From the IMG/VR virus record IMGVR_UViG_3300035501_001058: a stretch of 64,000 bases of DNA. One strand, written 5' to 3'. This document shows, piece after piece, positions 10,943 through 20,599 of the stretch (position 1 is its first letter; every line of letters begins with the position of its first letter). Source of the stretch: an uncultured virus (IMG/VR IMGVR_UViG_3300035501_001058). Lineage: Duplodnaviria; Heunggongvirae; Uroviricota; Caudoviricetes. The position numbers and the translations under genes were made by a program. The notes under the pieces are model-generated. The model did no database searches, was not told where the DNA came from, and was given only the letters and a program-made list of their open reading frames with translations.

Positions 10943-11739
10943 TGTTTAACGTGGAAGATTATCTGGAGTTTACCAGAAATGCTACTATTCCTGATAGCTA
11001 TGTTATAGAAAATGCGGCTGATTATGTTCCAGAGTTAGAGGGTTTTTATGTTTGTCTTACAAAAGATCACATACCTGCGATAAAAGATTTTATTTCTGGT
11101 GAAAAAAATGCAACTTTTATTTTAAAGACCTTCGAATTAGACCCAACAAATGGTTTGTCTGTCTTAAGAGTGCATAAAAAGATAAATTCTTATACAGAGC
11201 TATTTGTTAAATACTATGGTGGAGTTTCAGCAATTTTAGAAAATCCAATGTTTACTTCAAGTAGTCCTGTAGAGTTACAAACACAAGAAAGTGAAGATGT
11301 TCAAGAAACTTTACCAGAGATAACAGAGGAAATAATACAAACTAAAGATGTTGCACAATCAGAAGAAGCATCTGTAATAGATGCTTCTATTTTTGATGAT
11401 GCATTTAGCTCAGGAATAAAAGATAACGCAGATCAAATAGAGGAGGTCTCTGAAGAGCCTGTAGTATTATCTAAAATGGCACAAGATGAAGAAGTAATGC
11501 TTTTATTAAGAGCAATAGCTAGCAAACTTGGCATTATGGAATATGATGATTCCAGTATCTTGAGTAAGGCTGAAATGAAAAAGGCACAAAAAGCGGTAAA
11601 GGTACTCTCACCTATAACAGTACAAGAGGCTTTTATTGGTGCACTATCATTGGCAGAAAGAAAAGAAGATTTGTCAGCAGTTACTAGGTTTCTGGAGTTG
11701 TTTTATACATACATAAATAATAAAGGTTTAATAAGATAG
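10942..11739 (+). CDS. Hypothetical protein
   Basis: 265-aa ORF coupled to previous gene; acidic central linker. Confidence 0.75.
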   Translation: MFNVEDYLEFTRNATIPDSYVIENAADYVPELEGFYVCLTKDHIPAIKDFISGEKNATFILKTFELDPTNGLSVLRVHKKINSYTELFVKYYGGVSAILENPMFTSSSPVELQTQESEDVQETLPEITEEIIQTKDVAQSEEASVIDASIFDDAFSSGIKDNADQIEEVSEEPVVLSKMAQDEEVMLLLRAIASKLGIMEYDDSSILSKAEMKKAQKAVKVLSPITVQEAFIGALSLAERKEDLSAVTRFLELFYTYINNKGLIR

Positions 11740-11752
11740 ATAAGGAGATAAT

Positions 11753-12397
11753 ATGAATAAGAGAGATAAAGATAAATTGCTAATATTAGCAATACTTATA
11801 TTATACGTACTAATGACATTAGGTTTTATCTTTGGCACAAAAAATCTTAAATGGCAATGGTTTGTGATAATTACTGCTGTTGTTGAGTACTTAATTGTAC
11901 AGCCGAGAGTCTGTGAACTATATTATTCTGCAAATAAGCAGCACGTAGGCATTACTAGATTTATACCTTTTTGGAATGAAGTTATCATTTTTAAGTCTAG
12001 TTATGCCATGGCAACATTGATATCTTACATAGCTATTGTAATAGCAATAGGAGTTTTAGAAGCCCCTGTTGATTTATTAGCTAATGTTGTCAGTGAACAT
12101 TTTTTGTTAAATTACAAAATTTATGATGTAAAAATAATTATGATACTTGTACTTATTAATTCTATTTTTGTAGGTCTTGGGTTTCAACAAGTAACATCTA
12201 AAATTAAACAATTACATGCAAAATTGTCTGGGAGTAACAGACATTTTTCAACAAGTGTATTTTCATCTATTCTTTTGTTTATTCCAATCATTAGACTTAT
12301 TCCATTAATTGGATTAATGAATATGTTAACAAAGATAGTTGTGTTTAATAATTTTACAATAGATACCAGTAAGGTGGAGACCCTTATAGAGGAATAG
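11753..12397 (+). CDS. Multi-pass membrane protein
   Basis: ~5 hydrophobic segments; AAGGAG RBS. Confidence 0.8.
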   Translation: MNKRDKDKLLILAILILYVLMTLGFIFGTKNLKWQWFVIITAVVEYLIVQPRVCELYYSANKQHVGITRFIPFWNEVIIFKSSYAMATLISYIAIVIAIGVLEAPVDLLANVVSEHFLLNYKIYDVKIIMILVLINSIFVGLGFQQVTSKIKQLHAKLSGSNRHFSTSVFSSILLFIPIIRLIPLIGLMNMLTKIVVFNNFTIDTSKVETLIEE

Positions 12398-12406
12398 GAG
12401 GTAATT

Positions 12407-13048
12407 ATGAGAGGACAGGAAATTGATATTCGTTCAATTATAAACAGCTCTTTGGAGGACGAACCAAGCGATGATCCTTCAAGTGTTGGATTTATGAATC
12501 AGATGCTTGAAATGGCATCGACAAAGGAAGCCCGTGAATCAGAGTCAGCAGAGGTAATTAAAAATTATGCAGAGGAAGAAGAAGCTTTCGATTTAGACGA
12601 AGGCGAAGATGTACCAGTTGATGTCTTAACACAAGAAGTAATAACAATAAATGTAATTAAAGACACGCAAGGTTTACTTTCCGATAAAGTACGAGAAGTA
12701 ATGGAAAAGTATAATGTAGTTTGTGTGCCATTTAGTATAGCTGGAATTCTTGAGCAGGTAGATGACTTACGCGATTATGTTGTATATGAATTAAATGGTG
12801 TGAAATATGCAATGTACAATGCGGCAAGAAATGAGGTAGTTGTGTCCTATGTAAAGCAAATAAAATCTCAGTTAGAGGCAGGATTGCCATATAAGAAGGT
12901 TATTTCTACAGTTGTTGAAACAGAAGATGGAACATTTCAATCATTTAGTTTAACCTCTGTTGAATGGATGTATATCTGTAATCTGTTCCGTAATTATAAT
13001 TCTCGTATGAGATATAAAAACGGAGAACTTTTTATGATGGTAGGTTGA
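12407..13048 (+). CDS. Hypothetical protein
   Basis: 213 aa, AGGAGG RBS, acidic N-half. Confidence 0.8.
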   Translation: MRGQEIDIRSIINSSLEDEPSDDPSSVGFMNQMLEMASTKEARESESAEVIKNYAEEEEAFDLDEGEDVPVDVLTQEVITINVIKDTQGLLSDKVREVMEKYNVVCVPFSIAGILEQVDDLRDYVVYELNGVKYAMYNAARNEVVVSYVKQIKSQLEAGLPYKKVISTVVETEDGTFQSFSLTSVEWMYICNLFRNYNSRMRYKNGELFMMVG

Positions 13049-13052
13049 TATA

Positions 13053-13409
13053 ATGGCAAACACAGATAACTTAGTTGAATTGCAAGAAGTTGATGATTTT
13101 ATTCCTGTGGATAAGTTTAAAGTTATTTATCCACATGTTTTAATTAGAGGTATTTCTACAGAAGAGGAAGTTATTTATTTTCATAACAAATTTTCAAATC
13201 CTGAAAAATCGCTTCCATTATATTTACAGTTTGAAAATTCATACAAATGCATTGGAAATTTTGAGCTAACTCTTAATAATCTACTAATTATCCGGTGCAT
13301 AGATAATTACTTACTATCAATTGTTGTTGAAGAAGATAAAGAAATACCTATTAACTTAGATGAACCAGAGCAATTATTAAAATTTATAACTTTAGTAGAA
13401 AGGGGGTAA
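13053..13409 (+). CDS. Hypothetical protein
   Basis: 118-aa ORF in operon. Confidence 0.7.
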   Translation: MANTDNLVELQEVDDFIPVDKFKVIYPHVLIRGISTEEEVIYFHNKFSNPEKSLPLYLQFENSYKCIGNFELTLNNLLIIRCIDNYLLSIVVEEDKEIPINLDEPEQLLKFITLVERG

Positions 13410-13414
13410 ATTTA

Positions 13415-13567
13415 ATGGAACTTAAAACAATAATTATAATAGCTATTATTGTACTTTTATTTATTTTTGGTGGCGGTAATATTTTCCATGATAATGGTGG
13501 AAATGGTAAAGGTGGCTCGAAAGGCGGTAATAGTGGAAATTCAGGAGGAACAGCTGATGGTAATTAA
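13415..13567 (+). CDS. Small membrane-anchored Gly-rich peptide (50 aa), absent from ORF track
   Basis: MELKTIIIIAIIVLLFIFGGGNIFHDNGGNGKGGSKGGNSGNSGGTADGN*; AGGGGG RBS upstream; fills the gap between neighbours. Confidence 0.75.
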   Translation: MELKTIIIIAIIVLLFIFGGGNIFHDNGGNGKGGSKGGNSGNSGGTADGN

Positions 13568-13793
13568 TATAGTTATACTAATTGTACTAATTGCTATTAC
13601 AGTTACTTGTGATTTTACTCCGTATACTTTAAGTGACAATGAAGTGAAGTTGCTATACAGTGACACACATACTGATGATGATTCTATTTTTGGTACAAGC
13701 ACTGTAACAGGTGACTTCGATGCAAATGAATTACAGAGTTCTTCAGCAAAAGATCAAGCAGAAGAACTCTTGAATCAAATTTATAATGGTTAG
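13557..13793 (+). CDS. Small membrane-anchored protein (78 aa)
   Basis: AGGAGG at 13543-13548 before ATG 13557; N-terminal hydrophobic helix. Confidence 0.7.
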   Translation: MVINIVILIVLIAITVTCDFTPYTLSDNEVKLLYSDTHTDDDSIFGTSTVTGDFDANELQSSSAKDQAEELLNQIYNG

Positions 13794-13801
13794 GTGATTA
13801 G

Positions 13802-14182
13802 ATGAATAGATATGAGTCTAATATAATGGTAAATACTATTATCATGAAAGTATTATTCGCAATAATAGCAATATCTAATTTAGTATTGCCATTTTATAAA
13901 GATTGGTCTTGGCGGTTTAGTGTTTTCCAAATAATAGCAGTGCTTATTTGGGTATATGGCTTAATGGGAGGTCTAGGTTACTTCAATCAGGCAACTCCAA
14001 TATTAGCTATAGGTATTTTACGTATGCTACAGGCTGGGTGCTATTTGATATTTCGCAGAAGTCAAATAAATTGGATAGTATTTGCTATTTTTATAGCTTT
14101 AGATGTAATTTTTACAATTTTTTTGATTTTTGATAAAGCTAACTATGAATATGTAAAGGAGGAAGTATCAAATGAAAATTGA
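13802..14182 (+). CDS. Membrane protein (about 4 TM)
   Basis: Multiple hydrophobic segments. Confidence 0.75.
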   Translation: MNRYESNIMVNTIIMKVLFAIIAISNLVLPFYKDWSWRFSVFQIIAVLIWVYGLMGGLGYFNQATPILAIGILRMLQAGCYLIFRRSQINWIVFAIFIALDVIFTIFLIFDKANYEYVKEEVSNEN

Positions 14183-15062
14183 AAGTATGAATTCTTTTGG
14201 TAATGCTCAAGATTCAGATGCAGTTAAATACTTGGATAGGACAGAGCTAATCGAAGGACAAAGTTATGAAAGATTAGCTTTCGTAGCCAATAACAATAGT
14301 GGTATTGATAGAAATGAAAATGGATTTTTTACGTTTTATTTAAAAACTATAGATAATGCAATACTTACAGCTCAACTTTTTAATGTTAATGATTTTGTAA
14401 GAAGTGGTGGTATAGCGAAAATGCTTATACATAAGCCTGTAAAAGTTAGTTTTATCGCGCAAATCTATAGAGGGCGCTGGTCATTATTGTTAAAGGATAT
14501 AAAACTGTGGAATGGTGAATTTAATACTTCATTATTTTTAGGAAAAATAAAAGTAGACACAGATAAAATCTTAAGCGCATCTAGAAAAACTGAAGTTTTT
14601 ATAGATGTGGCATCATGGGAGGAAGCCTCATTTTCATCATTAGCTGATGGTAATGCAGGAGCGTTTGCAATTATGGCAAATGCAGTTCTTGAACACGCTA
14701 GAAATTATGTAGATTTATGGGGCGTAGAGTATGAGATGTTTACTACAGTAATTCTTCACACATTAAAAACCTTATACATTAAATACAGCTTACAGGAAGA
14801 AATGCCTTTTGTACCTGTAAATGATATTTCTGAGAAAATTTACACGCAGTTATCTGGTATTACAGATAAAACAATAAAAGCTGTTTGCTTTGAGTCTTGT
14901 TCTGCCATAGCAGGATTGTGTAAACCACAGCATTTATACGCTATTTTAGCAAATAGATTAATAAATGAAACAATAACAGATTTACATTTAATTTACACAT
15001 GTAAAGGTATGCCTCTCGGAGCAATTACCACAGTAGATGGCGTACAATTAGTACGATACTAA
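14172..15062 (+). CDS. OB-fold protein resembling YhaM/Cbf1, with helical domain lacking HD catalytic residues
   Basis: N-region FFTFYLK...TAQLF...YRGRWSLLL resembles YhaM OB fold; no HD dyad visible. Confidence 0.4.
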   Translation: MKIESMNSFGNAQDSDAVKYLDRTELIEGQSYERLAFVANNNSGIDRNENGFFTFYLKTIDNAILTAQLFNVNDFVRSGGIAKMLIHKPVKVSFIAQIYRGRWSLLLKDIKLWNGEFNTSLFLGKIKVDTDKILSASRKTEVFIDVASWEEASFSSLADGNAGAFAIMANAVLEHARNYVDLWGVEYEMFTTVILHTLKTLYIKYSLQEEMPFVPVNDISEKIYTQLSGITDKTIKAVCFESCSAIAGLCKPQHLYAILANRLINETITDLHLIYTCKGMPLGAITTVDGVQLVRY

Positions 15063-15073
15063 GAGGTGATTAG

Positions 15074-15844
15074 ATGAAAAAGTCATACTTGATGTACACA
15101 ATAGTAGTACTACTATTGTGTACAGGCTGCTCTAGCCCAGGTGATATGTTTAATACTGGTTTAGACCAAACCAGTATTTCTAAAATAACGCAACCATACA
15201 CAAATGATGTTGGGTATGTTACAGTTAATTTTGATTTAAAGAATGTAGATTCTCCTGAAGAAAACATACTTAATGAGTATGATTTTTCTGGACCAATGGA
15301 AGCGGTTTTTAATCAAGCCGGAACTAATAATACAAATTCAACTGTAATAGAGGCAGAGGAAGTTTCAGTTACTACAGATCAATCTGAAAGTATAAATCCC
15401 AATTTAATGGAAAATGCTGAGACAGGATTATGTGCACCTTTAGAAAATAGTATTAGTACATACATATCATCGCCATTTGGCCCAAGAACTAGTCCAACAG
15501 CTGGTGCTAGCTCCGACCACAAAGGGATTGATCTTCCTGTTGCTACAGGGACTAGTGTATATGCAATTGCTAGTGGCACTGTCACTGTTTCACAATACAG
15601 TTCAAGTGCAGGAAATTATGTGAAGATTGAACATGATGTAGATAATGGTATTTCTGCAAGTCTTTACATGCACAATTCTGAGTTAATTGTAAAAGTGGGC
15701 GATCATGTTGAAAAAGGACAAATAATTTCACGTAGTGGTTCTACCGGGTACAGCACAGGACCTCACTTGCATATAGCATTACTGGATTCTGAAGGTAATT
15801 ATGTTAATCCAGTAGACTATTTGCCGGAATTTTATAGTAAATAA
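15074..15844 (+). CDS. M23 family metallopeptidase lipoprotein
   Basis: Lipobox-like LCTGC; HKGID, YMHN, STGPHLH motifs. Confidence 0.92.
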   Translation: MKKSYLMYTIVVLLLCTGCSSPGDMFNTGLDQTSISKITQPYTNDVGYVTVNFDLKNVDSPEENILNEYDFSGPMEAVFNQAGTNNTNSTVIEAEEVSVTTDQSESINPNLMENAETGLCAPLENSISTYISSPFGPRTSPTAGASSDHKGIDLPVATGTSVYAIASGTVTVSQYSSSAGNYVKIEHDVDNGISASLYMHNSELIVKVGDHVEKGQIISRSGSTGYSTGPHLHIALLDSEGNYVNPVDYLPEFYSK

Positions 15845-15848
15845 TCAA

Positions 15849-15882
15849 GGTGGTTAAAGTACAAAAGCTTTAACCATTTTTT
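15849..15882 (+). terminator. Intrinsic terminator with TACAAAAG loop
   Basis: TGGTTAAAG/CTTTAACCA stem followed by T6. Confidence 0.85.
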
Positions 15883-15908
15883 AAAATAAATTGTAGGAGG
15901 TATACAGA

Positions 15909-17132
15909 ATGTTTTCTGAATATAAATATTGCTATATGCGAAACGTGTTTACTTCAGAGGATGATAAAACTGTTGGATTTTGTTTTATTTTAAGTAATAG
16001 CACTTTTGATGATGTGGCTCTTTATATAACTGATGCATCAGGTCTGAAGATGCTGGATGCTGATAATCACTTAATTAAAGACTTTAGTATCGACAAAAAT
16101 ACTAATTACTTAAAATGTGACTCAGTTAATAGATTATTACTTACTCAAGAAGATATGAATCATAAAAATGAGTTAATTAAGTTGGAACAAGATACTAGTA
16201 CTTTTATTGATTTTATTAATATGGGAGCTGCAAATGAGTTTGTTTTGATAGATAATGAGTCTGCTGAGTCTGATAAAGATGTAATTGGTAATGTCACATT
16301 ATTTAATGAAATTAATATTGCACAGAATACAATGTCAGTTTTCTGTCCTATCATAGCAGATAACACAATTCATAATAAGATGTTATTAGTTGCGAATGAA
16401 AATAAATTAGAGATAAAACCTTTTTATTTTGCAACTAATACAGAGTTAGATTTGCAACAGCCAGAGTATAAATATATAAGTTATGTAAGAAAAGTGCTAG
16501 TTAATAACATAGATATGTATTTGTACAAGATGGAAGATTATAGAATATATCCATCTACTGCTATCTTGAATCCTGCATTAATAAATAAATTGATGTATAG
16601 AAGTGTACGATTAAAAAGTATACTAGATTCACTTAAAGATTTTCGGAAATCTCTGAATTTGTTAAGAGGTTTTGAAGATTCTGTAGATTCTATTAGTTGG
16701 AATGGTGGTGGTAATTCTTTTGAGAACCCATATGGTGTTTATTTAAAATCATCAGTTCCTTCATTAAGTAAAAGTAGGAGACAAAAATGCATAGATTACT
16801 ACTTTAATCTTATGTCATCAGGTAAATCCATACAGGAGATAGAAGAGACTATTAATACTTTGCAACCTGATTTAACTAAAGATGTAATATTGTTTTTACA
16901 TAATATTTTTACATCAAGCGATGATTTAGAAGAAGTTATGTGTAATTTTTATGAGACTAGAGATAGATTGCGTCTAGAGTTACTTGCAACCAATAGTTGG
17001 TTATATAAAGTTAGATTATATTCTTATAGAAAAGGAATACGTTTGGCTTCTATAAAAAATCCAATACTTGTAGGCAGCGAAGAGGATTGCTATACACTTG
17101 TGAATAGCAAGCAATTTTATGAAATGAGGTAA
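15909..17132 (+). CDS. Hypothetical protein
   Basis: 407 aa, AGGAGG RBS. Confidence 0.8.
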   Translation: MFSEYKYCYMRNVFTSEDDKTVGFCFILSNSTFDDVALYITDASGLKMLDADNHLIKDFSIDKNTNYLKCDSVNRLLLTQEDMNHKNELIKLEQDTSTFIDFINMGAANEFVLIDNESAESDKDVIGNVTLFNEINIAQNTMSVFCPIIADNTIHNKMLLVANENKLEIKPFYFATNTELDLQQPEYKYISYVRKVLVNNIDMYLYKMEDYRIYPSTAILNPALINKLMYRSVRLKSILDSLKDFRKSLNLLRGFEDSVDSISWNGGGNSFENPYGVYLKSSVPSLSKSRRQKCIDYYFNLMSSGKSIQEIEETINTLQPDLTKDVILFLHNIFTSSDDLEEVMCNFYETRDRLRLELLATNSWLYKVRLYSYRKGIRLASIKNPILVGSEEDCYTLVNSKQFYEMR

Positions 17133-17134
17133 AT

Positions 17135-18322
17135 ATGGATAGAGAAACGTTTGTGAAAAATGCTATATACCGTACTTTAGTAAAAGTAGATTCACGTGAG
17201 AAGGCTGTTGTTATAAATGGCACTTATTTCACTTACAAGCAGAAGAGTGTATATGCAATGATTTATGAGAATGATTCTGTAGAGTTCTATATCAGAGAAC
17301 AAAATAGTACAGAGGATAATGGAGAAACTCGACATAGTACTGAGAGAGCACAGATACATTTTTATACGGATGAAATACTATTACAGTTAACCAATATTAT
17401 CTGTGCAAATTCCTTAGGTGATTTTTCTATTGATGACAGAATCCCTGTTGAATTATTACATATTGATATTGATAGTAACTTAGAGTTACTAATTATTGAG
17501 GGTGTACTGTATAGATTAGCAAGAGAGGCTATAAAGCAGGGCTCAGTACGAGCACCTTTACAGAATGACTATTTTTCATTAGCTGCAACAGATGTAAGGC
17601 TTTTGGTTAACGCTTTTAAGGAAAAAAGTTATGAGACATACTATAAGTTCATCTTTAATAAAAATCAGAGACGTGTACTGAACAGATGTTACAAGAAGAA
17701 ACCATTTTTCAATATATTACATGCTTTTACTCCTGTGATTATCTACTACAAGTATATTTATAATCCACTTATTGATGACCCTGATAATCAAATCTTTAAA
17801 CAAAGTAATTTATTTTTAATGGCAGAGCAAAATAATAGACTTGTGCAGGTGAATGAAAATCTATACTGCTATATGCTTACACATGAGGAAATCTGTAAAT
17901 CTCTAGGACTTACATCGTTTATGAGATTCACTCCTTCATTTTTATATAGATATATAGTAGGTTTATTACATCCAGAGTTAGAAACCTTTCCTACTAAGAC
18001 AAGAAAAGTTTATGTACGTCCTGTAAGTGATGAAGATACTATGGGCCTCAGTACAAGTTACTCAGAGAAAGAGTTTAATGATTTGATGGGTAAGTTACTT
18101 GATGAATTAGATTCAGCATTAGCAGAATCTTCGCAAAAAGAGCTTAAAGATAAAATAACATTACTTAGTTCCTATAGTAATGTTGACACCTTATACTATG
18201 AAATAGATAAAGAGTTAAGGGCTTTAGTTAATATAGGCTCTGTAGGAATTGATGGTAGGGTTAACACCGATTCACTATATAGTATTATTTTTGAGGGACA
18301 ATTATTATTAGGAGGTGATTAA
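17135..18322 (+). CDS. Hypothetical protein
   Basis: 395-aa ORF, GAGG RBS. Confidence 0.8.
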   Translation: MDRETFVKNAIYRTLVKVDSREKAVVINGTYFTYKQKSVYAMIYENDSVEFYIREQNSTEDNGETRHSTERAQIHFYTDEILLQLTNIICANSLGDFSIDDRIPVELLHIDIDSNLELLIIEGVLYRLAREAIKQGSVRAPLQNDYFSLAATDVRLLVNAFKEKSYETYYKFIFNKNQRRVLNRCYKKKPFFNILHAFTPVIIYYKYIYNPLIDDPDNQIFKQSNLFLMAEQNNRLVQVNENLYCYMLTHEEICKSLGLTSFMRFTPSFLYRYIVGLLHPELETFPTKTRKVYVRPVSDEDTMGLSTSYSEKEFNDLMGKLLDELDSALAESSQKELKDKITLLSSYSNVDTLYYEIDKELRALVNIGSVGIDGRVNTDSLYSIIFEGQLLLGGD

Positions 18323-18323
18323 A

Positions 18324-19046
18324 ATGATTCGTTATGGCATTGAAAGTTTTAAAGATACAGATATCTTCCTAGTTCTATCATTGGTTAATATCTATAATAA
18401 TAAACAAAATACATTAGCTAACATGAAATATAAAACATTCTTTTCTTTTCTCTCAGAAGAAAATCAGGCTAATGTACTAGGAATAATAACAAGTTATGAA
18501 AATTCAGTGTTAGACACTGAAGATATTTTAGATTTTGTTAAATACGTTAAAATGCAAAAAGATTCTTGTGCATTTAAATGTATAGTTAATGAATTAGACT
18601 ATCTAAGAAAAGAGTGCATTAAAAATTCTAATAATGCAGCAAGAATTGATCCTAAACTTGGGTTTGTTGTAAAGTGCTATTATAGAGATGATGATTATGG
18701 AAATTCGTATGGTGCATTGAATGATTCTATAGTGGCTCCTATTGCACAAGCTGGCATATCTTTTATAGATTTGATAAATGATCCTATCATTTATAAGATA
18801 GCAAATAGACTTCGTTTAATGAAAAATATAACATATAAAGATTTGCAGATGTATGTAGAGGATAGTATTAAGAATGAAGCCGCTACAAAATATGTTTACT
18901 CTGTGTTTGTGACAATTATGGTGAAGTTTATTTTAAGTGCACCGACAGACAATTTAGCAGCACTTGACTGGAGTTATATTTTTTCAAAAATAGTAACATT
19001 TTCAGAAAGAGAGGAGGATTTCACTACATGTTATCTAAATTTTTAG
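18324..19046 (+). CDS. Hypothetical protein
   Basis: GGAGGTG RBS precedes ATG 18324. Confidence 0.75.
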   Translation: MIRYGIESFKDTDIFLVLSLVNIYNNKQNTLANMKYKTFFSFLSEENQANVLGIITSYENSVLDTEDILDFVKYVKMQKDSCAFKCIVNELDYLRKECIKNSNNAARIDPKLGFVVKCYYRDDDYGNSYGALNDSIVAPIAQAGISFIDLINDPIIYKIANRLRLMKNITYKDLQMYVEDSIKNEAATKYVYSVFVTIMVKFILSAPTDNLAALDWSYIFSKIVTFSEREEDFTTCYLNF

Positions 19047-19936
19047 GAGAATATTTAGTTAGTAATTATTATGAATACAACGGAAACTTTTCTGGTATAA
19101 ATACAACAAATCTAATGCAGTTTATAGAGCAAACTTCCGCTAATAGAACTGTTGATGATGTGTGCTATGAAAGTTTAGGTTACAGCGGTGTCGGTAATCT
19201 TAGTGCTAAAGATGTCGCTCTTTTAAGAAAAGATATAATGAAAGCTTTATTAAATAATTGTAAGTTGGAAGATATTAAGGAATATAAATCTTTGATAGTG
19301 GCAGGTGGTACTTATATTGATCCACGGGTTACTGTGATTAATCATAATTATGGTGAATTAAATGATATATTTGAGTTACTATACCGATACTATTGCGATT
19401 GCTGTCATAGTGAGTTCACTTTTAAAGAATATCGTGTAAATTTTCATGAGAATCTGGCAACATTTAGAATATCAGGTAAGCGAGTTGCTTCATTATACGA
19501 TTCGTTAAAAGAATCTAATACATGCATGAAATACAGTAGAACTAATGATGACATTAGTTATATTAGTAATAATGTACTGATAACTAATAAGACATTCAGT
19601 GAGTCTATGTTTAATAAAATCGATTATGCAGCTTTCAGGTGTGCAATACAAGGTAAAACTGCCGTTTTAACAAAGTTAAAGGTGCCTTATGGAAATTTGC
19701 CTATTGTACGATTTGTTAACAGAGAAAAGTATCTAATTTTATTAGATATTGCTTCCGCAGCTGGTATAACATATAAAGAATTATTATCAGAAATTGGTAT
19801 TAACGTAGCAGATCAATTAACAGCCTATGACACATTAGGATATGCAATTATTTCTTTAAGTGATGATAACTTAGTAACTGCCATTGATAATAATTGTACT
19901 GAGTCCAGTAAGTATGTAAGGAAGGTGTTAATATAA
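19028..19936 (+). CDS. Hypothetical protein
   Basis: 302 aa, GAGGAGG RBS. Confidence 0.75.
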   Translation: MLSKFLGEYLVSNYYEYNGNFSGINTTNLMQFIEQTSANRTVDDVCYESLGYSGVGNLSAKDVALLRKDIMKALLNNCKLEDIKEYKSLIVAGGTYIDPRVTVINHNYGELNDIFELLYRYYCDCCHSEFTFKEYRVNFHENLATFRISGKRVASLYDSLKESNTCMKYSRTNDDISYISNNVLITNKTFSESMFNKIDYAAFRCAIQGKTAVLTKLKVPYGNLPIVRFVNREKYLILLDIASAAGITYKELLSEIGINVADQLTAYDTLGYAIISLSDDNLVTAIDNNCTESSKYVRKVLI

Positions 19937-20598
19937 TGTATTATTTATTATTCGATACAGAAACTACAGGTATGGGTAGTAAAGACGAAGTAATACAATT
20001 TACTGGGTTATTACTTCGTGATTTAGACCCTGAGGAATTAGAAGAACATAGAAGATTAAATAAAAAATCTGCACCTATTAAAATGCTGAAATTATATAAT
20101 TTCTACTGTGATACAACAAGAAAAATTGATAGTGGAGCTTATAAGGTGCATGGTATAGACAAAGCGCTACTGAAGGAATTATCAGAGGGTCATACTTTTG
20201 AAGATAATTTTTTAAGTATGATAAATTTTCTAAAGGGAAAGGATGTGTGCTGGATTGCTTATAATGTTGCTTTTGATAAAAGATTAATTAATCAGACATT
20301 AAGTAATAATAATTTACCAAAATTTAATTTTGGTAAGAATCTCGCATTGCTTTCTGATGTAAAGGGAACTTCAAATTTCTGTTTAATGCGTGGCGTGACT
20401 GGTTTATCAAAAAAGGGTGAAAGAAATCTAGGAACAGTTGCAAACGATATTTATGATGATAACACTATTAGGAAGCTTTTTGAAGTTTTTAGTAAAAAAG
20501 CAGGTATCGAGCAAGATATAGATTACCATAATGCTATATTTGATGTGTTTGTATCTTATTTAATTTTCTCATATTACTTCTATAGATTGAGAGGTTAA
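19936..20598 (+). CDS. DEDDh 3'-5' exonuclease (DnaQ/epsilon-like)
   Basis: FDTETTG, VHGI, AYNVAFD, YHNAIFD motifs. Confidence 0.9.
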   Translation: MYYLLFDTETTGMGSKDEVIQFTGLLLRDLDPEELEEHRRLNKKSAPIKMLKLYNFYCDTTRKIDSGAYKVHGIDKALLKELSEGHTFEDNFLSMINFLKGKDVCWIAYNVAFDKRLINQTLSNNNLPKFNFGKNLALLSDVKGTSNFCLMRGVTGLSKKGERNLGTVANDIYDDNTIRKLFEVFSKKAGIEQDIDYHNAIFDVFVSYLIFSYYFYRLRG

Positions 20599-20599
20599 T

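Noticed and set aside
13449..13556. N-terminal part of the 114-aa ORF
   Set aside because: Better explained by the 50-aa ORF at 13415 in another frame, plus a true start at 13557 with AGGAGG.
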